Shown one piece after another: positions 1 to 12,748 of a stretch of DNA of 64,000 bases; within the stretch, counting starts at the first letter, position 1; each line of letters opens with the position of its first letter. The DNA lies in contig OZ024750.1 in the NCBI GenBank assembly GCA_964016885.1, positions 43,524,001 to 43,588,000 on the forward strand, given 5' to 3'. Both the position numbers and the translations under genes were made by a program. Below the pieces are notes generated by a model, which was not told the origin of the DNA, did no database searches, and saw only the letters and a program-made list of their open reading frames with translations. The stretch comes from Eledone cirrhosa (Eukaryota).

Positions 1-1275
1 CACACACACACACATTACCGGATTGGTATTTGTGCGATATGTATTTGTGTGTGCATGCTTGTCTGTGTGAGTGTGTGTGTACGTATGTGTGTGTCTGTGT
101 GTCTGTGTGTGTCTGTGTGTGTCTGTGTGCATGTGTACATGTGTGGATGTGTGTATGTGAGCATGTGTGTGTCTGTGTAAGTGTGTAAGCGTGTGAATGT
201 GTCTATGTGTCTGTGTGCATGTGTGTATGTGTGTCTGTGTGTCTGTGTGTGTCTGTGTGCATGTGTGTATGTGTGTCTGTGTGTCTGTGTGTGTCTGTGT
301 GCATGTGTGCATGTGTGCATGTGTGCATGTGTGCATGTGGGTCTGTGTGCATGTGTGTGTCTGTGTAAGTGTGTAAGTGTGTAAGTGTGTGAGTGTGTCT
401 ATGTGTCCGTGTGCATGTGTGTATGTGTGTCTGTGTGTCTGTGTGTGTCTGTGTGCATGTGTGGATGTGGGTCTGTGTGCATGTGTGTGTCTGTGTAAGT
501 GCGTAAGTGTGTGAGTGTGTCTATGTGTCTGTATGCATGTGTGTATGTGTGTCTGTGTGTGTGAGTGTGTGTCTGCGTCTGTGTGTCTGTGTGTATGTGT
601 GGATATGTGTGTCTATCTGTGTATGTGATTCTGTGTGTCTGTATGTGTCTGTGTGTGTCTGTCTGCGTCTGTGTGTCTGAGTAAGTGTGTCTGTGTGTAT
701 CTGTGTGTGTCTGTGTGTCTGAGTAAGTGTGTCTGTGTGTATCTGTGTGTGTCTGTGTGTCTGTGTATGTGTGTCTGTGTGTGTGTGTCTAATGTGTTTG
801 TGTGCATGTGTGTGTGTCTGTATGCGTATGTATGTGTCTGTGTGTCTGCATGTATGTGTCTGTATGCGTCTGTATGTGTCTGTATGCGTATATATGTGTC
901 TGTATGTGTCTGTGTGTCTGTATGTATGTGTCTGTGTGTCTGTATGTGTGTGTCTGTGTGTCTGTATGTATGTGTCTGTATGCGTATGTATGTGTCTGTA
1001 TGCCTATGTATGTGTCTGTGTGTCTGTATGTATGTGTCTGTGTGTCTGTATGTATGTGTCTGTCTATCTGTATGTGTCTGTGTGTCTGTATGTATGTGTC
1101 TTTAAGCGTATGTATGTGTCTGTGTGTCTGTATGTATGTGTCTGTCTGTCTGTATGTATGTGTCTGTGTGTCTGTATGTATGTGTCTGTATGCGTCTGTA
1201 TGTGTCTGTATGCGTATGTATGTGTATGTGTGTCTGTCTGTATGTGTATGTGTCTGTGTGTCCCTGTGTGTGTGT
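1..1275. repeat. Degenerate (GT)n/(GTCT)n/(GTAT)n microsatellite field
   Basis: Continuous low-complexity TG-based repeats. Confidence 0.95.
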
Positions 1276-1663
1276 TATCAGCAGCAGTGTCACCACAACA
1301 GCAGGGTCACCTCCCAACAGTCTTTAAGTATCTTAACATGTCAACAGGGTTTATATATTGATTAACGTCCTTCTTCACCCTCTTCATCCCTTATACACTG
1401 ACACGTGTACAAACCCCATCGTGGCCAAATTATCTTTCCTTCAGCCCCTCTATCTTCTCCTATCCCTCCATCCCTCTCTCTCTCTGTCTATCTCCTCTCC
1501 CTACACACTCACAAACTCACACACGCACACTGACACACACACGCACGAACACACACACACACATACACACACGCACATACACACAAACACACGCACACAC
1601 ATATATATGTATATATATATATAGTACTAAAACTCTGTGAATGTGTACTTGTCTATAATTTAA

Positions 1664-1850
1664 TTGTTTCTACTACTGGCACAAGGCCAGCAAATACCTC
1701 AGTACATTACTGGTACTTTATTTTATCGACCCCGTAAGGATGAAAGGCAAAGTTAACCTCGGCGGGATTTGAACTCAGACCATAAAGGACCGTAACTCTA
1801 TGCGTCAAAGCATGGTGTCCGACCCTCTACCGATACTGCCAATCCACCGT
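1664..1850 (-). mobile_element. tRNA-derived SINE, family 1
   Basis: Minus strand has A-box-like TGGCAGTATCGG and B-box GAGTTCAAATCC, then CGCCGAGGTTAACTTTGCCTTTCATCC...GTACCAGT; several copies in the window. Confidence 0.8.
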
Positions 1851-1979
1851 GCTTGTCTATAATTTAATACAGCCAAAATGGCGCATAATGGGAAAAATAC
1901 GTTGAAATTTTAGCTAGATACAGTAATGCAGTATTCGATTCTTTAAAGTCACCTGTTATAATTTCATTCAACAACAGCA

Positions 1980-1981
<2 letters not shown>

Positions 1982-2052
<71 letters not shown>
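1982..2052. repeat. (TC)n microsatellite
   Basis: Pure TC run. Confidence 0.95.
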
Positions 2053-2056
<4 letters not shown>

Positions 2057-2259
2057 TCTCTTTCTCTCTCTGTCTCTCTCTCACTTCTATTTTCCTTCTC
2101 TGTCCCCTTCACTCTCTATGTCTTTCTTTCAATCTACTCTCTCACAACCACTATCTCTTTCTCTCTCTCTATTTTTGAAGGGACCCGGAAAATACTCGTA
2201 TCTCGCGAACTCGTGCTCCGATTTATGCGAAACCCATTTTATTTTATTTTTTATTGAGG

Positions 2260-3058
2260 CGAGATCGTTTGGTATCTCTTATGTGAGACGAGACATGGAG
2301 GAGAGATAGTTGGTGTTTTATATGGGACGAGACATGGAGTAGAGATAGTTTGGTGTCTTATGTGAGACACCAGACATGGAGGAGAGAAGTTTGGTGTCTT
2401 ATCTGAGACGAGACATGGAGGAGAGATAGTTTGGTGTCTTATGTGAGACACCAGACATGGAGGAGAGAAGTTTGGTGTCTTATCTGAGACGAGACATGGA
2501 GGGGAGAAAGTTTTGTGTCTTATCTGAGAGGAGACATGGAGGAGAGATAGTTTGGTGTCTTATGTGAGACACCAGACATGGAGGAGAGAAGTTTGGTGTC
2601 TTATCTGAGACGAGACATGGAGGGGAGAAAGTTTTGTGTCTTATCTGAGAGGAGACATGGAGGAGAGATAGTTTGGTGTCTTATGTGAGACACCAGACAT
2701 GGAGGAGAGAAGTTTGGTGTCTTATCTGAGACGAGACATGGAGGGGAGAAAGTTTTGTGTCTTATCTGAGAGGAGACATGGAGGAGAGATAGTTTGGTGG
2801 CGTATGTGAGACACCAGACATGGAGGAGAGATAGTTTGGTGTCTCATGTGGAACGATCCATGGAGGAGAGACGTTTGGTGTCTTATATGAGACGAAACAT
2901 GGAGGGGAGAAAGTTTGGTGACTTATCTGAGGTGAAACATGGAGGAGAGATAGTTTGGTGTCTCATGTGGGACGAGTCATGGAGGAGAGACGTTTGGTGT
3001 CTCATGTGGGACGAGCCATGGAGGAGAGACGTTTGGTATCTTATCTGAGACACCAAAC
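2260..3058. repeat. ~40-bp minisatellite with a 121-bp higher-order unit
   Basis: About 20 copies of ATGGAGGAGAGAnAGTTTGGTGTCTTATnTGAGACGAGAC; three-monomer block recurs at 2461, 2582, 2703. Confidence 0.9.
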
Positions 3059-3458
3059 AGAAGAATGGAGAAGTTTGTGTTTGCTTACCTGATAATTGTG
3101 TTAATCAATGGAACTATAAAATATATAAACGGATGAAACAAAAACACAGGTGAGGTTGGCATTGATTCAATATTGGAGTTGTTTGACTTAGAAATTGGCG
3201 TGTATAATAATAAATAGGAGGTGAGGGAGACAGAGAGGAAGAGAGAAAGAAGGAGAGATAGGTAGAAAGAGAGGGAAAGAAAGAGAGATAGGGAACAAGA
3301 GAGAGAGAGAGAGAATGGGAGATAGGGAGAAAGAGGAAGTATAAATGTATGTATAATATTATGAGAGAATGAGAAAAAGAGGTATAGAGAGGGGGAGACT
3401 GAGGTGGAGGGAGAAAGTGAGAAGGAGAGAGAGAGAGACAAAGAGAGAGTATAAACGC

Positions 3459-3516
<58 letters not shown>

Positions 3517-4424
3517 AGCGAGTGAGAGGAAGAGTGAGAGAACGAGTAAAAAGAGGTAGATAGAGAGGGATAGAGTGAAGGGGAGAGAGAGAAAGAGAGT
3601 AAGAGAGACAGAGAGGAAGAGAGGGAAAGCTAGATAGATAGATAGATAGAGAGCGAGAGAGAGTTTAATAAAGTCAGTAAATATACTACAAATACTTGAG
3701 TTGTTCTGAAACCCTTCGTGAATTACAGTTGAAAGACGTCTGTATAAGATATACATGAGAAGTTAAACAGGGGATGTTATCCGACTGTTATCTTTAAGAC
3801 AGGCTATACAATGTGTAAGCTAAGTGAATTATTGACAAAGTTAGATGACATTTGCCGTGTTTTCTCAAACAGGGAATAATTTTACGTAAATCTTTCACAG
3901 GAAATATGGACGTTTGCCCAGTTTCTGATCTTCGCAGCTTTACAGTAATTATAAAACTACAGGATTATATTAGATGTGGTTTTCTTTGTCTAAATTCGAT
4001 AAAATTAGTTTTATTTATTAGATTTATTCTCAGTACATCAGATTAAAGTTTCTCGTTCGCTTGTTTCTCTCTCTTTTGTTAAAACAAAAGTAAGAACAAT
4101 TGAGGATGACTTGGCAGCATGTACCATACCTTTGCGAAGGATTTTAAGGGCCTATGTGATCTCGAGTAGATGTAAAAACCCTTACAAAACATGTTTTTTA
4201 CTTGGTGGGGTTTCGAGGAATAAATAATACCCTTGATCTTCACTGGAGAGATTGATGACTTTAACGCCTCTTTTAAATATTGTTGCAGGTCCACTCTTTT
4301 GGGAATGACATGTGTAATGGAGGGTTTCAAGATGGTCGACTTCATGGGTAAGAATGACTGGGTATAATGATTAATAAGGGGCATAAGGAGTGGGGGTGGG
4401 GGTGAAGGATGAAACATGAATTAA

Positions 4425-4631
4425 TACGACTGTGCTGAAAAGTTCCTGGCTACAGAGGCCTGGTTGGTGACCCAACCTTCCAAGTTCTTTTTACAGGGCT
4501 TAGAAAACCTGAAGGACCGCTACAATATTTGTGTGAATCTGATAAAGGAATATCTTGAATAAAATCATAATCAACTGATCCTCCTGTGTTTTGTTTAACC
4601 CAAAGCCAGGAACTTTTCAGCACCCCTCGTA
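4425..4631 (+). mobile_element. Tc1/mariner-derived MITE
   Basis: TA-flanked TIRs (TACGA..GTGCTGAAAAGTTCCTGGCT / AGCCAGGAACTTTTCAGCACCCCTCGTA); interior translates as FLQGLENLKDRYNICVNLIKEYLE*, resembling a mariner transposase C-terminus. Confidence 0.8.
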
Positions 4632-5379
4632 TGGTAGAACATCCAAGATGTGGCAGCTAGAGGCAGAGAAGAGGGCACACATATGAGACTATTATTTTCT
4701 TTATAGATCCCCAAAAGAATGAATGATGGGTTTTGAAAGCAAACCACAGAGAACCGGAAGCAACAATGTCTGTCTATCGGACTGTCTAACGACTCCATTA
4801 AGTCGTCTGCAATTGGTAAGATGTAAGTATAATCGAATTATTTCATGAAATAGAAGCACACTATAAATGATACAAACAACAGATAAAAACCATATAAAGG
4901 GAGCATTCAGTGATGCAGGTGTAGGGTTAGCTACAGCTTCTAGTGATGAAAAAAATATCTCTGTTGTAATCTTGTAATAGGTCGCTGCTATATTGCTGGG
5001 CAGACATTGCGAAACCTCGGAAGATTTGTGATTTATTTTCTATTAACGTAAGAAAGATAAATAGACAGCTGTCAGTTTTGATCATGAGTAATCCAGTTAA
5101 CAAATTAACAGAACACCTGACCTCTAAATTACTCTACAAGAGGCTAAATATTCTACGGATACTTGTTAAGGGGCAAAGGTAAAGACCTCCTTCTGTCACG
5201 AATTACCATGGGATTTGCACCAAGAAAGTTTCCCTTCTGAGGCACAAGTCCGGGAAGGCCAGCAGTTGCCCATACATACCAGTCTCCACTTTCCACGCCA
5301 CCGATGTTGTCCAAGGGAAAGGCAATGGCTGATACAGCTTGGCACCAGTGATGTCGTAACTTATTTCTACAGCAGAGTG

Positions 5380-5495
5380 AACTGGACCAACGTGAAATAA
5401 AGTGTCTTGCTGAAGAACACAACACATCACCCGGTCTGTGAATAGAACTCACAACCTCACGATTGTGAATTCGACGATTTAACCACTAAACCATG
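5380..5495 (-). mobile_element. tRNA-derived SINE, family 2
   Basis: Reverse-complement homolog of 14150-14255 (GTGAGTTC..TGTGTTCTTCAGCAAGACACTTTATTTCACGTTG). Confidence 0.65.
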
Positions 5496-6795
5496 CTCTA
5501 ACCAGGCACCTGTACACTTCATGTAATTCTTAAGTCTGGTTAACATGACATGCTGAGTGTGGGATGGCTGACCATTTGAGTTATAAATACAATCTACTTG
5601 GTCGACTTCCAAATATTTTCTATCCAATTTCACTAACAAGACTTAGATGAACTCAATGTTATGGATAAAGATATTTGTTCAAAATACTGTCTCGAACAAG
5701 AAGCCACATCTTTGTTGTTAAGCAAGTTTCTTAACCATTCAACTATGCTGCATCTACAGTTAACAACGTAAATATAAGAATATCAAATAATGTGTCTTGT
5801 CTAAAGAGGAAAGTGAACATACCGACCAAGATATGAACTCATGACCCATGAGATGGAAGTTCGACATTACCTCTACACCTATCCAGTCTTACCATCTCTG
5901 TCAGAGGTAATGTTGTTGAAATAGCTTCCTCTCCTCCCCTTCAATCTCATACTCCTCCTCTTCAATATTATATTCCTCCCCCTTCCTCATTTCCTCTCGT
6001 CTCAATTCCATCCAGTTAATCTATTTAGAATATCTTCATTTCCGCCCCCTTCTTATCAATCCTGGTTCCCTTTATTCTACTTTACTTCATACATCAGGTT
6101 GAAAATAAATTCAAAGTATGTTTTTTTCCCGGGGTATCACATGGGAAGACATTCTCAATCTCCCCTAACTGCGAGACCCAGCATGAAATATCGCAACTAA
6201 AAATTCCCCGCCATTGATCTTCTGCTTAATATACTGTCGGTCACGTGTGATGTGTAAACTTAATATTACAAGGGAGTGTGGCAATGCAGGAAAATGGACG
6301 CTGTTTACCCAGGAGGAAAGACAACTGCTTTGTGTGACATGTAGATAGTCGACTAAAGACTGCAGGCGTGGTTTGTGATGTATGGTGGTAGCTAGTCGAA
6401 TCCATCAACACAACAGCTACCTTAAGCAAAGAACATACTGGTTGGTGATAGAACGATTAACAACGCTTCTAGTGACTTTAGTAAAGTCAGAGTTTGTTCC
6501 GTTTATCAGTTGATGAAAGAGATATACTTTCGTAAGATTCAGTATGTCAATTTGGCATCAAAACAACTGACCAATATATCTAATATTGCTCCATTAAAGA
6601 ACTGAGCAGCGAGGTTTGTACAAAATAAATATTAAACCCTCAGCGGAGACTACACTCTTTCGAAATAAATCATTTAAAACTTTGTCTCTTAAGGAAATTA
6701 CAGAATAATTTTTTAGTTGATGGTTGTCTGTAATTATTTTTACAATATATTTACTATAAACACAGCAAAACATACGTTAAATGTTTATCTGCAAG

Positions 6796-6973
6796 TCTGT
6801 CTGTCTGTATGTATGTATGTATGTATGTATGTATGTATGTATGTATGTATGTATGTATGTATGTATGTATGTATGTATGTATGTATGTACGTATGTACGT
6901 ATGTATGTACGTATGTACGTATGTATGTACGTATGTATGTACGTATGTATTTATGTATATATGTATATATATA
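6796..6973. repeat. (GTAT)n microsatellite
   Basis: Tetranucleotide run. Confidence 0.95.
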
Positions 6974-7228
6974 TAACAGTGTATAAATATTAAATTCACT
7001 TTACATTTATCATCTCTTTCCTGTTGTTAAATAGTTTCGTCATACTATAAGCACCCCACCACACCCCCACATATTCATTATATAAACACACGCACACACA
7101 CACACACACACACATGCATCACACACACACACATATATATATATATACACTTACACACACACACAAACATATATATATTACTTTTACTTCATATATAAAA
7201 CAGTATGTATAAGTATGTTTTTATATAC

Positions 7229-7263
<35 letters not shown>

Positions 7264-7264
<1 letters not shown>

Positions 7265-7408
7265 TGTTATAAATTTTATTTTTTGTTATATTTTATTTTA
7301 TTTTTATATATTGTTATTGCCTCCTCCTTATTGAGGACGCCTTGTTTTGTAAACTCCCCCCATTGTACTTGCCCACTTTTCATGCCCTGGTGGCAAATAA
7401 AAGAAACA
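7264..7408 (+). mobile_element. 3'-UTR-only fragment of the Tx1-like LINE, inside (TATC)n
   Basis: TTGAGGAC..TGTAAACTCCCCC..TGCCCTGGTGGCAAATAAAAGAAA matches the 3' end of the full element at 44680-44797; TATC repeats on both sides. Confidence 0.8.
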
Positions 7409-7432
7409 TATCTATCTATCTATCTATCTATC

Positions 7433-7807
7433 TTTTTTTCAAATACCACTTTGGAAGAAGAATCAGGATGGAGAGAGAGGTGCTGTACCCCAGCAAGTTT
7501 TATGAAAGGTGGGTGAAAGTGGCGAGAATGGCCCGAGTGAATGGGCCTTCTCTCTATATCAGCCTGTAGGTTGAGGAAAAGGAGGAGGAGAGGAAAGGAG
7601 TACAAGCTCTTCGTACTCCTGGAGATGAGGGTTGCACATTTTTTTCGGGGGTCTGTGTTACCCATATAAACTGTCTCCCTCTATTGGGGAAAATCGACTA
7701 ACTTTTAAATTCCATCTGTGATAACATTTTACACGTTTTTATTGTATGTAAACTTCCCCCTTTGTATTTGTCCCCTTCTTTTGTGCCCCTGTGGCTAATA
7801 AAGAAAT
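7433..7807 (+). mobile_element. 5'-truncated Tx1-like LINE (ORF2 C-terminus and 3' UTR), inside (TATC)n
   Basis: Encodes FFKYHFGRRIRMEREVLYPSKFYERWVKVARMARVNGPSLYISL*, nearly identical to both ORF2 ends; TATC repeats on both sides. Confidence 0.92.
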
Positions 7808-7808
7808 A

Positions 7809-7873
<65 letters not shown>

Positions 7874-8197
7874 CTCTCTCTCTATCTCTCTCTCTCACTC
7901 TCTCGCCCCCTCTCTCATGCTCTCTCTCTCTCTCTATATATATATTTGTTTTGCAAGATTTTTGATATGAAATCGTGTGTCGAAACAAATATTGTTATAC
8001 AAGTATACCAATATATCTATATCTATATATATATATATATTACTTATAGATATATAACAGTATGTATAAGTATGTTTCATATATATCTATATATATCAGT
8101 ATATATATGTACATATTATATATATTTATATACATCAATTAGTCTGCATAACTACATCATATATCTATGAGTATATCTTTTGTTGACGATCTGCGAA

Positions 8198-8332
8198 GAA
8201 ACCGAAACTTGGTTCTTAGAAGAAACTTGGTCCTTTCCAGAAATCTCGTTCTTTCGAGAAATATCGTTCTTTCGAGAAACCTGGTTCTTTCGTGAAACCT
8301 AGTTGTTTCGAGAAATCCGGTTCTTTTGAGAA
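8198..8332. repeat. 18-bp minisatellite (GGTTCTTTCGAGAAACCT-like)
   Basis: About 7 diverged tandem units. Confidence 0.75.
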
Positions 8333-8468
8333 AAAAAAAGAAATAAGTCCAGTTCTAGCGAGAGGACTTCTTTTTATTCTTGCCACCCAAAATACACTGA
8401 ACAAGACAGTTGGCAACCTGTAACTAATGGCGCCATAGTTCATTCATGGAACTATAAAGTCAATATTC

Positions 8469-8509
<41 letters not shown>

Positions 8510-8552
8510 GTTTACATAAATATGCACATAACAGTTTGTGTATATATATATA

Positions 8553-8646
<94 letters not shown>

Positions 8647-8675
8647 GAAACTGTTATGTGCATATTTATGTAAAC

Positions 8676-8720
<45 letters not shown>

Positions 8721-8723
<3 letters not shown>

Positions 8724-8905
8724 CGAAGGAAATGTGGTAAGGAACCAGGCGGACCATAACGCACCAAAGTACTCAATACTTAGGGTAGTAGAGTGGGTAA
8801 TAGGAACAAGTAGGACCCCGACGGCTGAGCTCAAGCCGTTTCGACTGTCCAGAATTAGCCGTCGAAACGGCTTGAGCTCAGCCGTCGGGGTCCTACTTGT
8901 TCCTA
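8721..8905. mobile_element. (TA)n-embedded fold-back element carrying the 3' half of a hammerhead (family K; also 9475-9617, 23386-23550, 38307-38493)
   Basis: Inverted repeat ~8800-8844 / 8860-8904; GAAAC-GGCT..AGCC-GTC forms stem III plus a GUC site. Confidence 0.65.
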
Positions 8906-9116
8906 TATATATATATATATATACGGGATAACATGTTATCGTTATGGCAGTCCACTTAGATGTAGCCCAGTTGGAGTACTCCGTGTAGTAGATAGTATTA
9001 ACGTGTGGCTTAGTTTGACTCAACAAGACGTTTCCATAGTGATGTTGCGAGTTCGCAGTGATTTCTATGTAGTTTAAGAAAGAAGAGTGACATGGTTCGC
9101 TATACAATAAGGGCTT

Positions 9117-9197
<81 letters not shown>

Positions 9198-9217
9198 CCC
9201 CCCTCTCTCTCTCTCTC

Positions 9218-9249
<32 letters not shown>

Positions 9250-9432
9250 CATAATATAACAGATTAAAGTTTAAGCAAAGAATCGCTGCTTTCACCCTTA
9301 ACAGGATCTTCCAACTTTAATTTGTTATTTTAATAAATATTTGTTCTATGGGTTTTATATATTTGATATATATATATATATATTATCCTTATCGAGCTCT
9401 CTTCGGATTTTAGTCTTCAGATTTATTATTGT

Positions 9433-9476
<44 letters not shown>

Positions 9477-9616
9477 GGGAGAAGAATCAGAAACCTCGAC
9501 GGCTGAGCTCCGGCCATTTCGACAGCTGGATCCGAGCTATTACCAACTCTACTACCCTAAGTATCGAGTACTCTGGTGCGATATGGTCCACCTGGTTCCT
9601 TACCATATATCCTTTG

Positions 9617-9667
<51 letters not shown>

Positions 9668-9673
<6 letters not shown>

Positions 9674-11050
9674 TTTACACATACACCAATTAAACAAAGT
9701 CACAGGTATATATGTGATTTGGCAACTATTCACGATGTGGCTCAATGAAGAATTAATAAATTAAATAATCAGAGCAAAATACTATAGAGTAAAGCATGTC
9801 CAGAGGATTATTTGATAATATATATACATCATCTCTACTCCAAATCACCATAATTAACCACACAAAAAATCAATTAGACCAGGCTATAAGAATAAAAGTC
9901 ACCTATGAAGAAACAGTAAATAAATACGCCACAGCAGCGTCTTCGCGTCCAACCGCTATAGAATATTTACCCAACATTTCAACAGCACGTGGAAATTAAT
10001 TAAATATACGGTCAACCATACATAATAAGATATCTCAAAAGTGAGCGAAACCCATGGGTCAGGATTTAGTGATTTAATCCTGGTATGTATATAAGCATTT
10101 CTAACTTTAATTTTTACCTAATTATGTATGGTTGACCGTATATTTAATTAATTTCCACTTGCTGTTGAAATGTTGGGTAAATATTCTATAGCGGTTGGAC
10201 GCGAAGAAGTTGCTGTGGCGTATTTATTTACTGTTTCTTCATAGGTGCCTTTTATTCTTATAGCCTGGTGTAATTGATTTTTTGTGTGGTTAATTATGCT
10301 GATTGGGAGTAGAGATGATGTATATATATTATCAAATAATTCTCTGGACATGCTTTACCCTATAGTATTTTGCTCTGATTATTTAATTTATTAATTCTTC
10401 ATTGAACCACATCGTGAATAGTTGCCAAAATACATATATACCTGTGACTGTTTAATTGGTGTATGTGTAAATATTTATATTTAATAATCTCCCATAAGGT
10501 TGAGATACAATTCGGGCAATATTGGGCTGCGCTTTCTAACAAACAACCCACTCACCGTAAGCAACCAATCACACCCTTCCTGACTTGACCACAGCCACGT
10601 CACAGTTCTCAACCATTTTGAATTCGTGTTTGGCGGGGGCCACTTCGGAAAATAAACTGTCCTAGCGAGTTTGACCTCTGATGAGCTCTAAAACTCGAGA
10701 TATCCAAAATAAGATATCTCAAAATGTGAGCGAAACCCATGGGTCTGGATTTAGTGATTTAATCCTGGTATGTATATAAGCATTTCTAACTTTAATTTTT
10801 ACCTAATTATGTATGGTTGACCGTATATTTAATTAATTTCCACGTGCTGATGAAATGTTAGGTAAATATTCTATAGCGGTTGGACGCGAAGACGCTGCTG
10901 TGGCGTATTTATTTACTGTTTCTTCATAGGTGACTTTTATTCTTATAGCCTGGTCTAATTGATTTTTTGTGTGGTTAATTATGGTGATTTGGAGTAGAGA
11001 TGATGTATATATATTATCAAATAATTCTCTGGACAGGCTTTACTCTATAG

Positions 11051-11054
<4 letters not shown>
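9668..11054 (+). mobile_element. PLE-type terminal-repeat (pLTR) cluster, family A: inverted copy plus two direct repeats (~685-bp period), within (TA)n
   Basis: 9668-10022 is the reverse complement of 10125-10478; 10024-10370 recurs at 10708-11054; diverged relative at 11930-12205. Confidence 0.8.
10675..10748 (+). ncRNA. Type I hammerhead ribozyme, family A
   Basis: cct-CTGATGA-GCTC[..GAGATATC..GATATCTC..]GAGC-GAAA-C CCATGG G-TC-tgg; the upstream copy has agg, completing stem I. Confidence 0.75.
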
Positions 11055-11096
<42 letters not shown>

Positions 11097-11190
11097 CTTT
11101 GATAACTTTGATAGGTGTCGGCCACATGGAAAGGTTTGATCTTGTCTGGTTAGTCTGTGAAAAGATGGCAAAACTCCAAAGTAACAAGAC

Positions 11191-11226
<36 letters not shown>

Positions 11227-11478
11227 CATTATATTCATACACACACACACACACACACTCACATACACATATATATGAATATATACGAATGTATGTACGT
11301 ATGTATGTATGTGTGTTTATATATACACACATATACATATTTCTTACCACTACTCAGCTAATCAACAACCCGTATTTTACTTACAATTACAAAAATTATA
11401 TGTTGCATAGACAAACATACAAATTCACTGACACAGACTGACACACATATCGTATCTCTCTCCCTCCATCCTCTCTCC

Positions 11479-11538
<60 letters not shown>

Positions 11539-11680
11539 CGTGTATATGTTGATTGTTTACCGACACCTCAGTATGAAGATTGGACACTCGACGAAGTACG
11601 CAGGTTGGTTTGGTTACTTAGGAGTAATGTAAAATAATTAAGTCAAATATTTAAAATTTGGCTTCGTTTATTAAATATGT

Positions 11681-11735
11681 ACTGTTATATATATTTCGGT
11701 GACAGCCATCCTTGGCTGTGACCTCTTCAGGCAGT
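11681..11735 (-). ncRNA. Type I hammerhead ribozyme, family B
   Basis: Reverse complement: actgc-CTGAAGA-GGT cacagcc..ggctgtc ACC-GAAA-TATATATA-acagt; inside fold-back 11628-11900. Confidence 0.65.
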
Positions 11736-12670
11736 CCGAAGTGGTAGAGACAGGTACACGTGTTGTTGAAGTGTTTTACTCCGTCAATACTCCGATATGT
11801 CCAGCTCCTGGTTGGGTTGTTATTTCTCTGAGGAATATATATAGCAGTACATCTTTAATAAACGAATCCAAATTTTAAATATTTGACTTAATTATTTTAT
11901 ATATATATATATATACAATAAAGTACGTCAATAGAATCATTTGATAAAATATATACAGTATTTCCTCTCCCAATCAGCATAATCAACAACACAAAAAAAC
12001 AATTAAACAAGGCTATAAGATTAAAAGGCACCTATGAAGAAATAATAGATAAATAAACGACAACTATCTATCCGCGATCAACAGCTATAGAATATTTACC
12101 CACCATTTCTAATAGCACGTGGAAATCGATTAAATATATCGTCAACCATACACAATTAGGTATAAAATCAAAAGTTAGAAGAAAAAATGTATATAAGCAT
12201 ACCAAATATATATATATATATATTTCGTTTCTGAATTTGTTTAGCAAGATTCTTTATCTGAAAACGTGTGTTGAAACCGATATTGTTATACTTTGGGAGG
12301 GTCATGTTGCCAATAAGAAACACACGCACCAGTTGCTTTCACTTCAATTTATGATAATACATTTATTATAATTTATTATAATAAATTTATTATAATAAAT
12401 TTATACGCCATCTTGTTTCAAGAAACAAGATGGCGTAGAACAGAACAAAGGAAAGGCACAAAAAACAAATAAAAGAATCCCCAGTTACGGAAGAGGTCAC
12501 AGAATGTGTGACGAAAGAACTTTGACAATATATAAACAACCATCTGGTTGTGGAACCAACCAACCAACCGGAAATTTATAAATTCCTAAATTTATAAATT
12601 TATTATAATAAATTGAAGTGAAAGCATGGTGCGTGTGTTTCTTATTGGCAACATGACCCTCCCAAAGTAT

Positions 12671-12744
<74 letters not shown>

Positions 12745-12748
<4 letters not shown>

